Part shown: piece after piece, positions 24,601 through 35,239 of the stretch
Layout of the letters: every line of letters begins with the position of its first letter
Position numbering within the stretch: the first letter of the stretch is position 1
Made by a program: the position numbers and the translations under genes
The notes under the pieces: generated by a model
Database searches by the model: none
Seen by the model: only the letters and a program-made list of their open reading frames with translations
What the model was told of the DNA's origin: nothing
Assembly: GCF_036588685.1 (NCBI RefSeq)
Contig: NC_086373.1
Coordinates: 62,868,001-62,932,000, forward strand
Length of the DNA: 64,000 bases
DNA from: Mytilus trossulus
Taxonomy: Eukaryota
Reading direction: 5' to 3'

Positions 24601-24867
24601 AAATGCTTTACACGTATAACACCATTCACTATAGCAATCCGTAAATATTCATCTAATAAATGATAACACATACCCTGCCGCTTGTTGCTGACACATGGGT
24701 CATGTAGCCAGCAGTAGTGACACTACTGTTACTTTGCCACGCGTGTCCAGCATCGGCTGATCTCCACTGGGGGTTCGCCAGGTTGGTGGATCCTGACAGA
24801 ACCTTCCAGATACGCTGACAAGTAAAGCAGCAGCGAGCAACCCGGTCAACATACCGGGGCTCCTCAT
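21647..24867 (-). CDS. SELENOP: Selenoprotein P, 600 aa, with 45 in-frame UGA (Sec) codons
   Basis: Coding exons 24867-24674, 24037-23840 and 23057-21647 are GT/AG with phases 2/2 and total 1803 nt. The protein has a signal peptide, then FCQDPPTW..DQPMLDTRGKVTVVSLLLAT-U-PMC (UxxC, TGA at 24702-24700) and IWNKLNGGKDDVLIYDRCGKLVY, collinear with the vertebrate SelP_N domain. An Arg/His-rich linker follows, then 44 more TGA codons with no TAA/TAG until the TAA at 21649-21647. Two SECIS elements lie downstream. Confidence 0.97.
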
Positions 24868-25909
24868 TGTTCCTCTTCTGAAAGAAAAGAAAAATGAGTT
24901 AACTAAATATCTGTCATTAAGCTAAACGAAAGGTATTTCTATTGGCCGGGTTTACAACAAAATCATTATAATATGAAGCTTCGTAAAAATAAATTGAAGG
25001 TAATATGAAAAAAATTATCAAAGGTACCAGGATTATGATTTAATACGCCAGACGCGCGTTTCGTCTACATAAGACTCATCAGTTACGCTCCGATCAAAAT
25101 AGTTATAAAAACAAACAAGTACAAAGTTGAAGACATTGATACTCATGAAAGTTAAACATTGCAAACATGTTTATATATTTTTACGTAAACCCCGAATAAA
25201 AATACGTACAAAGAACGGGGAATTAGTTCAAGTCAATATACATTTACATCTATGTGTTGCAATAAACGTTCTGAACGAGTGAAATGTTGAACTTTGAAAA
25301 TGCCTGTACTAAGTCAGGAACATGACTGTTGTTGTCGATTCGTTTGATTTGTTTTATAATTTGATTTTACCATTTGGTTAGGGACTTTCCGTTTTGAATT
25401 TTTCTCGGAGTTCAGTATTTTTGTGATTTTACTTTTTGGTCACAATTTTACAATGATCACTATTTTCAGCATAAGGCCCCTTACTAAAAGCAATTTTATT
25501 TTTTATTGACACAATTGTTGTCTACATTTTTTCTATGATGGAGCTTCCGTAAAAGATTAATTGTGTAACTAACTGTGTAAACTTCTTGTGTTGTGGTTAG
25601 AAGCAACCCACTTATACTTTAACAAATATATCCGGAAAGTTCGTTATTGTAAATAATGTAATTGCCAAAGTAAAAAAAATAATATAACGCTTAGTTTAAG
25701 ATTAATTTCATCAGAGATTCTAGGCTTACAATAATTATGTTATCTTTATGCACGCGTTGTCTACAAAAGACTCATCAGTAAAGTTTTAACTAAAAAGTTG
25801 AAGGCCATAGTTGAAAATTATATTTAGTTCTTCCAACAAAAAAGTTCTGTAATAGAGAGCACAGAATATAAATGGCTTTAGCTAAAATGTAAATTAACCA
25901 CATGATTAT

Positions 25910-26000
25910 CATCTTCGCTAGCCAAGGGTTACGATCCACTTCCGTTCTCTTCACTTTGAAAAGAGCGGGAGTTGATCGTAACCCTTGGCTAGCGAAGATG
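25910..26000. mobile_element. 91-bp near-perfect hairpin MITE in SELENOP intron 1
   Basis: 27-bp perfect inverted arms CATCTTCGCTAGCCAAGGGTTACGATC / GATCGTAACCCTTGGCTAGCGAAGATG, with further inner pairing. Confidence 0.7.
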
Positions 26001-27387
26001 TATGATTATACGATGGCCTTAAAAGTTATAAGTTTGTACTTTGGGATATCAAGTAACCTCCAATAAATTGTGTTGTTATTGCTCTTGCTCTCATTGATGT
26101 AAAACTTATTCCCCCCCCCCCCCCCCCAAAAAAAAAATACAATCAGCTTGACATGGACACGAAATTTTGACATCTGCAGAATCATTTTTGCTGGCATTCA
26201 AGTTTACGTTTTCGCTAAAAGAGAGACGAAAAATGCCAGAGGGAGGGACGTCAAACTTAGTTATGTTATGTTAAATCGGTTCCAATTGAAACTGACCGTG
26301 CGATCCCTCATGGGTAGCATGGTCGTTTAACACCCCTATCAGAAGTAGTACCTCTCATCTATGTAGATCACACAAAGTTGGCCAAATTAAATGATGTCTT
26401 TTTATTGTTGTGCAATCACATTAGTTATTCATCAGTTCATTGTCAATAACGTTATCTATATATATATATGGTTTAAACTCCAGTTGATAAATATGTGAAA
26501 AACAAGTTCAACGGCCCTATGCACCTGTCCTTGAAATAGATAATAGGGCAATAAGATGTAAGACTTTAATTTTTAAAGATGCTTTAAATACTAATTGGTC
26601 CTGTTTCGTTCATCTTGCCTGCAGCTCAGGAGATATAAAACGCTGACAGGGATATGAGCCCATATTGCCTGTGACGATCCCGATTGTAAAACTCATTAAC
26701 CATTGAAGTTAGTTCGTAGAGCGAGGTCTTTAAAACCAGACAATTTCGTTAAAAACACAATCATCAACACTGGGAACATTTGTCACCTCTGTAACCATAC
26801 TTCTCAATTGACATTAACTGATATTCCAAACAAACAACTACAAACAATAAAACACGGTCAATGCAGATTGTCTGACACACAGCGACTATTCAGACAACAA
26901 TCAAAAAGAAAGGGCATCGACCAATTTTTATACTTAGTTCAAATTTGGAAAACATCAGTAAAAGCCTAAATTTACTGATCTTCCTAAGTTTTGAAAGGGC
27001 TATTGGACGCGCTGTCGGACGTCGTTATACTTATGCACTCACGTCGAGATTTTAAGTATGTTTTCATGACATACAATATTTTTTTTATATTCCTTTATTT
27101 GAGTGTTCGTGTGTTTTATGACAAGGAATATGACAGTGTCCATTCGTTTGATGTGTTTTATCATTTGATTTTGCCATTTGATTATAATTATATTTTCCGT
27201 TTGAATTATCCTCGGAGTTCAGTAATTTTGTGGTTTTACTTTTAACAATTACTTACACGTGTATATAATTTATAAATATAAGAAATGACTAGATTTCATA
27301 ACAATATTAGATGGTCGGAAGTCTCTCATCACACCACCGACAGTGCCTAATGTAAGATAACATGGATAGAAAAACCAACATTCTTAC

Positions 27388-27484
27388 CTTATATGTAAAA
27401 GTGTTCCTGTGCAAAAAGTGGATGTCGATTACAGTTTATTCGTAATATAATGTCGACAACAATTTTCCTATGCTTTTATATATA
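27388..27484 (-). promoter_or_regulatory. Probable SELENOP TATA box and non-coding exon 1
   Basis: TATATAAAAG near 27484-27473 and a strong donor AAG|GTAAGA at 27388. The first coding exon begins with an acceptor only 10 nt before the ATG, so an upstream non-coding exon is required. Confidence 0.5.
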
Positions 27485-28102
27485 CTTTGTGGTGGACGTG
27501 ATATGAATATTCAAAGGGGGCAAAGATTATGTGACAAGTATCTAATTATAAACTAACTTTAATAAAACCTTATGTAAGATTAACATATAATATGCAGGTA
27601 CATAACCTGTGTTGCAGTGGATAAGATAACGGACAGAACTGGTTGTTGCTACAGGATATCTTGTTTTATCTAGTCACTTATGTAAACACCTACTTTTGGC
27701 AATTATATTTCACATTTCTTCAGAATGTGAACTATATGAAACGAGTTACCCTTCCCCGTTGTCATAAAGCGGGAGGTTTGGCAAGCCATTAAACCAGGTT
27801 CAACCCAGCATTTTTCTTAAAATGTCCTCTTCCATGCAAGTAATATGGCAGTTGTTATCAAATACAACAATGTAGCTCGTTTCCATGTATTTTGGCGTTT
27901 GTTTCTGTTGCACTTCAGTGATTCTGTTGTTCCCCCTATTTTTCCGCTGATAGTTGATGTGTTTCCCTCGGTTAAAGTTTGTTACTCGGATTTTTTTTCT
28001 CTCAATCGATTAAGACTTTGAAACACCGGAGTACTACTGTTACCTTTATTCATATACATTTTTATCGTTAAACATTACTGAAAATTAGTTATAGCCTGAA
28101 TT

Positions 28103-29461
28103 TACGGGGCGCCGAATGGGACTCTTGTGGTTTTGTACAAAATTCAATTCTGTCATAACAAAATCATTTTTGTCTTACAAAACTATGTGCTACAGACTTG
28201 TTTTGTGAGAACTTCAATTTTGTGATGACAAAATTCATTTGTGTAGACAAAATTCATTTTTGTCATGACAAAATTCATTTTTGTAGACAAAATTCATTTT
28301 TGTAGACAAAATTCATTTTTGTAGACAAAATTCATTTTTGTAGACAAAATTCATTTTTGTAGACAAAATTCATATTTGTCATGACAAAAGTCAATTTTGT
28401 CTAAAAGGTATGCAAATATAAACATATTTGCATACAAAATTGACTTTTGTTACCTGATATGGAAATTAAATCACAAAAGTCAATTGTGTGAGGTAAGATT
28501 CAATTTTGTGAGACAAAATTGACTTTTGTGAGACAAAATTGACTTTTGTGAGACAAAATTAAATTTTGTGAGACAAAATTCAATTTCGTTGAGACAAAAG
28601 TCAATTTTGTCAATTTTGTTGAGACAAAAATCGATTTTGTCAATTTTGTTGAGACAAAAGTCAATTTTGTTAATTTTGTTGAGACAAAGTCAATTTTGTC
28701 AATTTTGTAGAGACAAAAAGTCAATTTTGTGATGACAAAATTCATTTTTGTGACGACAAAATTCAATTTTGTAACAAAAAAATTTACTTTTATGAGACAA
28801 AATTGACTTTCGTGAGACAAAATTGACTTTCGTGAGACAAAATTGACTTTCGTGAGACAAAAATCAATTTTGTTGAGACAAAATTCAATTTTGTTGAGAC
28901 AAAATTCAATTTTGTCAATTTTGTTGAGACAAAAGTCAATTTTGTCAATTTTGTTGAGACAAAAGTCAATTTTGTCAATTTTGTTGAGACAAAATTCAAT
29001 TTTGTCAATTTTGTTGAAACAAAAGTCAATTTTGTTGATCACATTGGTCAATTTTGTCAATTTTGTTGAGACAAAAGTCAATTTTGTCAATTTTGTCTCA
29101 CAAAAGTCAATTTTGTCAATTTTGTCTCACAAAAGTCAATTTTGTGTAACAAAAGTCGATTTTGTATGCAAATTAGTTCACAGAAACCGAACTATACTAA
29201 TTTGAATACAAAATTGACTTTTGTCGCCCAATTTTCAAATTAGGTAACAAAAGTCAAGTCTGTGTAACAAAAATGAATTTTGTCATGACAAAAGTGATTT
29301 TTGTCCGCTGATATATAATTTTGTATGACAAAATTTTAAATTTGTAGTATGATACAAATTTTGTTAAACTGAACTCATTTTTGTTGAACAAAAGTCACTT
29401 TTGTCCGTACAAAATTGAATTTTGAGTACAAAATCACAAGAGTCCCATTCGGCGCCCCGTA
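28103..29461. mobile_element. Foldback-like non-autonomous DNA transposon with internal GACAAAA/TTTTGTC satellite-like repeats (copy 1)
   Basis: TIR TACGGGGCGCCGAATGGGACTCTTGTG / CACAAGAGTCCCATTCGGCGCCCCGTA, with GAATT on both flanks. The interior is made of 20-29-bp quasi-palindromic units. Confidence 0.85.
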
Positions 29462-31185
29462 GAATTTGGACCCAAAACAAAACTGCATGCAGGTAAACTG
29501 AACTTTCCGAATTTTAATTTGACAAACGCATTCCAATTATTAAGATGTTGCAAGATCGTGGTATATATTTTGATTAGCATGTGTAAGTATATGAACATAT
29601 TATATTCCTGTGTTGAAATTGATATTAGACCCCTAAAATATTCAAAGGCTACATATGCGAAACATATACGTACGATGGCGTGAAAACTTTTCAATTTATC
29701 AGATATGAATTTGCAGAGTTGCAAAACACGTGTAAATAAGATAACATTAAACAACGCACACACGATCGTGACATTACTTCGATGAATTCATACGAAGAGA
29801 CAAATGACAAATTGACTTAATCTTGACAAAAAATAGTTACAGACCCAAGTCTGTTGTAATTACTTTATACAGCATGGAATGGAGCTGTATACTTCGCATA
29901 CTTAATGTATCAATAATGCCTATAGTTAAATGATCGTAAGGTTACATCATAAACTCATCATAGATACCAGAATTGAACTTTTGTATTTAAGACAGACACG
30001 TATTTCATCTACGAAACACTCATCAGTAACGCTCGAATCAAAATTTTCTAAAAAGGCCAAATAAGTACGAAGTTGAAGAGCAATAAAGACTTAAAATTAC
30101 TTATAGTTAGCAAAGGTACCAGGATTATAATTTAGTATGCCAGACGCGCGTTTCATCAACATAAGACTCATCAGTGACGCTCAACTCAAAATATTTATAA
30201 AACCAAACAAGTTCAAAATTGAAGAGCATTGAGGTTCCAAAATTCCAAAAAGTTGTGCCAAATACGGCTAAGTTAATCTATGCTTGGGATAAGAAAATTC
30301 TTAGTTTTTCGAAAAATTCAAAGTTTTGTAAACAGGAAATTTATAAAAATGACCATATCAATTATAACTCGTGTCGACACAGAAGTGCTGACAATTATCA
30401 TATTAGAGAATTGTAGGTGGGCGTACAGTTTAATTATGATTTGAATATACTTTTAACCCAAAAATGTGGTATTCTCTTCCCTAGGAGGATTCGAACTCAA
30501 GCTGTTCAGACACACGACAACTGTACTGTGTCCATAGACTAAGACAATGTCCTCGATCAACAGAGCTGTATAAAAGATGGTGGGTTAATCTATATGGATG
30601 AGACACACTACATGGTCCATCGTTATTCGGGTTATATGCCTTTCCTCGTCTACTTACAGGATACAGTGATATAGAGTGGCATGGACGGGCACATAGGTGC
30701 AGTTAATTTTTATTGCAATTAACACTGAGTACATTGTATATTCTTATTGCTCTGATTTTATTTCGAATATAATTACATCAGTGCATCTAATACGTAAACA
30801 AACCGTGACGTAAACAAACAAATTCATGTAAAAAAGTAAAATATCTCTACTAAATCATTTATGAATTTATGTATTTTTCTCACGTGAGGTGTGCATGTAT
30901 ATAGGTCATCCAATGAACTCCAGTCTGTTCTTAGAATAGAAAATAAGTAAATGTTATACGGTCGTCATACGAAAGAATAACTTAGATAGAAGAAGAAAAT
31001 GGTTGCAGTCGTCTGTATAGTTGATCCATTTTCTTGGCAATGCATACAGAACCCAAACCTTTGTTTTCTGTGGTATTTGATAGGCAAGTAATATGGCAGT
31101 TGTTATCAAATACAACAATGTAGCTCGTTTCCATGTATTTTGGCGTTTGTTTCTGTTGCACTTCAGTGATTCTGTTGTTCCCCCT

Positions 31186-32030
31186 TGTGAGACAAAATTC
31201 AATTTCGTTGAGACAAAAGTCAATTTTGTCAATTTTGTTGAGACAAAATCGATTTTGTCAATTTTGTTGAGACAAAAGTCAATTTTGTTAATTTTGTTGA
31301 GACAAAAGTCAATTTTGTCAATTTTGTAGAGACAAAAAGTCAATTTTGTGATGACAAAATTCATTTTTGTGACTAAAAAATTCAATTTTGTAACAAAAAA
31401 ATTTACTTTTATGAGACAAAATTGACTTTCGTGAGACAAAAATCAATTTTGTTGAGACAAAATTCAATTTTGTCAATTTTGTTGAGACAAAAGTCAATTT
31501 TGTCAATTTTGTTGAGACAAAAGTCAATTTTGTCAATTTTGTTGTGACAAAATTCAATTTTGTCAATTTTGTTGAAACAAAAGTCAATTTTGTCTCACAT
31601 TGGTCAATTTTGTCTCACAAAAATCAATTTTGTTGATCACATTGGTCAATTTTGTCAATTTTGTTGAGACAAAAGTCAATTTTGTCAATTTTGTCTCACA
31701 AAAGTCAATTTTGTGTAACAAAAGTCGATTTTGTATGCAAATTAGTTCACAGAAACCGAACTATACTAATTTGAATACAAAATTGACTTTTGTCGCCCAA
31801 TTTTCAAATTAGATAACAAAAGTCAAGTCTGTGTAACAAAAATGAATTTTGTCATGACAAAAGTGACTTTTGTCCGCTGATATATAATTTTGTATGACAA
31901 AATTTTAAATTTGTAGTATGATACAAATTTTGTTAAACTGAACTCATTTTTGTTGAACAAAAGTCACTTTTGTCCGTACAAAATTGAATTTTGAGTACAA
32001 AATCACAAGAGTCCCATTCGGCGCCCCGTA
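31186..32030. mobile_element. Same element, copy 2 (left end deleted)
   Basis: The right TIR ends at 32030. The left TIR is missing because of the unit-2 deletion. Confidence 0.8.
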
Positions 32031-33926
32031 GAATTTGGACCCAAAACAAATTTTAAAACTGCATGCAGGTAAACTGAACTTTCCGAATTTTAATTTGACA
32101 AACGCATTCCAATTATTAAGATGTTGCAAGATCGTGGTATATATTTTGATTAGCATGTGTATGTATATGAACATATTATATTCCTGTGTTGAAATTGATA
32201 TTAGACCCCCAAAATATTCAAAGGCTACATATGCGAAACATATACGTACGATGGCGTGAAAACTTTTCAATTTATCAGATATGAATTTGCAGAGTTGCAA
32301 AACACGTGTAAATAAGATAACATTAAACAACGCACACACGATCGTGACATTACTTCGATGAATTCATACGAAGAGACAAATGACAAATTGACTTAATCTT
32401 GACAAAAAATAGTTACAGACCCAAGTCTGTTGTAATTACTTTATACAGCATGGAATGGAGCTGTATACTTCGCATACTTAATGTATCAATAATGCCTATA
32501 GTTAAATGATCGTAAGGTTACATCATAAACTCATCATAGATACCAGAATTGAACTTTTGTATTTAAGACAGACACGTATTTCATCTACGAAACACTCATC
32601 AGTAACGCTCGAATCAAAATTTTCTAAAAAGGCCAAATAAGTACGAAGTTGAAGAGCAATAAAGACTTAAAATTACTTATAGTTAGCAAAGGTACCAGGA
32701 TTATAATTTAGTATGCCAGACGCGCGTTTCATCAACATAAGACTCATCAGTGACGCTCAACTCAAAATATTTATAAAACCAAACAAGTTCAAAATTGAAG
32801 AGCATTGAGGTTCCAAAATTCCAAAAAGTTGTGCCAAATACGGCTAAGTTAATCTATGCTTGGGATAAGAAAATTCTTAGTTTTTCGAAAAATTCAAAGT
32901 TTTGTTAACAGGAAATTTATAAAAATGACCATATCAATTATAACTCGTGTCGACACAGAAGTGCTGACAATTATCATATTAGAGAATTGTAGGTGGGCGT
33001 ACAGTTTAATTATGATTTGAATATACTTTTAACCCAAAAATGTGGTATTCTCTTCCCTAGGAGGATTCGAACTCAAGCTGTTCAGACACACGACAACTGT
33101 ACTGTGTCCATAGACTAAGACAATGTCCTCGATCAACAGAGCTGTATAAAAGATGGTGGGTTAATCTATATGGATGAGACACACTACATGGTCCATCGTT
33201 ATTCGGGTTATATGCCTTTCCTCGTCTACTTACAGGATACAGTGATATAGAGTGGCATGGACGGGCACATAGGTGCAGTTAATTTTTATTGCAATTAACA
33301 CTGAGTACATTGTATATTCTTATTGCTCTGATTTTATTTCGAATATAATTACATCAGTGCATCTAATACGTAAACAAACCGTGACGTAAACAAACAAATT
33401 CATGTAAAAAAGTAAAATATCTCTACTAAATCATTTATGAATTTATGTATTTTTCTCACGTGAGGTGTGCATGTATATAGGTCATCCAATGAACTCCAGT
33501 CTGTTCTTAGAATAGAAAATAAGTAAATGTTATACGGTCGTCATACGAAAGAATAACTTAGATAGAAGAAGAAAATGGTTGCAGTCGTCTGTATAGTTGA
33601 TCCATTTTCTTGGCAATGCATACAGAACCCAAACCTTTGTTTTCTGTGGTATTTGATAGGCAAGTAATATGGCAGTTGTTATCAAATACAACAATGTAGC
33701 TCGTTTCCATGTATTTTGGCGTTTGTTTCTGTTGCACTTCAGTGATTCTGTTGTTCCCCCTATTTTTCCGCTGATAGTTGATGTGTTTCCCTCGGTTAAA
33801 GTTTGTTACTCGGATTTTTTTTCTCTCAATCGATTAAGACTTTGAAACACCGGAGTACTACTGTTACCTTTATTCATATACATTTTTATCGTTAAACATT
33901 ACTGAAAATTAGTTATAGCCTGAATT

Positions 33927-35239
33927 TACGGGGCGCCGAATGGGACTCTTGTGGTTTTGTACAAAATTCAATTCTGTCATAACAAAATCATTTTTGTCTT
34001 ACAAAACTATGTGCTACAGACTTGTTTTGTGAGAACTTCAATTTTGTGATGACAAAATTCATTTGTGTAGACAAAATTCATTTTTGTCATGACAAAATTC
34101 ATTTTTGTAGACAAAATTCCTTTTTGTAGACAAAATTCATTTTTGTAGACAAAATTCATATTTGTCATGACAAAAGTCAATTTTGTCTAAAAGGTATGCA
34201 AATATAAACATATTTGCATACAAAATTGACTTTTGTTACCTGATATGGAAATTAAATCACAAAAGTCAATTGTGTGAGGTAAGATTCAATTTTGTGAGAC
34301 AAAATTGACTTATGTGAGACAAAATTGACTTTTGTGAGACAAAATTCAATTTTGTGAGACAAAATTAAATTTTGTGAGACAAAATTCAATTTCGTTGAGA
34401 CAAAAGTCAATTTTGTCAATTTTGTTGAGACAAAATCGATTTTGTCAATTTTGTTGAGAGAAAAGTCAATTTTGTTAATTTTGTTGAGACAAAAGTCAAT
34501 TTTGTCAATTTTGTAGAGACAAAAAGTCAATTTTGTAGAGACAAAAAGTCAATTTTGTGATGACAAAATTCATTTTTGTGACGACAAAATTCAATTTTGT
34601 AACAAAAAAATTTACTTTTATGAGACAAAATTGACTTTCGTGAGACAAAAATCAATTTTGTTGAGACAAAATTCAATTTTGTCAATTTTGTTGAGACAAA
34701 AGTCAATTTTGTCAATTTTGTTGAGACAAAAGTCAATTTTGTCAATTTTGTTGTGACAAAATTCAATTTTGTCAATTTTGTTGAAACAAAAGTCAATTTT
34801 GTCTCACATTGGTCAATTTTGTCTCACAAAAATCAATTTTGTTGATCACATTGGTCAATTTTGTCAATTTTGTTGAGACAAAAGTCAATTTTGTCAATTT
34901 TGTCTCACAAAAGTCAATTTTGTGTAACAAAAGTCGATTTTGTATGCAAATTAGTTCACAGAAACCGAACTATACTAATTTGAATACAAAATTGACTTTT
35001 GTCGCCCAATTTTCAAATTAGATAACAAAAGTCAAGTCTGTGTAACAAAAATGAATTTTGTCATGACAAAAGTGACTTTTGTCCGCTGAAATATAATTTT
35101 GTATGACAAAATTTTAAATTTGTAGTATGATACAAATTTTGTTAAACTGAACTCATTTTTGTTGAACAAAAGTCACTTTTGTCCGTACAAAATTGAATTT
35201 TGAGTACAAAATCACAAGAGTCCCATTCGGCGCCCCGTA
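33927..35239. mobile_element. Same element, copy 3 (complete)
   Basis: Both TIRs and both GAATT flanks are present. Confidence 0.85.

Noticed and set aside
24685-24710. Sec redefinition element (SRE) hairpin at UGA1
   Set aside because: Only short alternative stems (TGAC/GTCA or ACATG/CATGT) are visible, too weak to call without covariation data.
28140-35200. CRISPR-like appearance and long repetitive ORFs (FVSTKLTKL / KIDFCL repeats)
   Set aside because: There are no unique spacers and no cas genes, and the context is eukaryotic. The ORFs are translations of the transposon's internal repeats.
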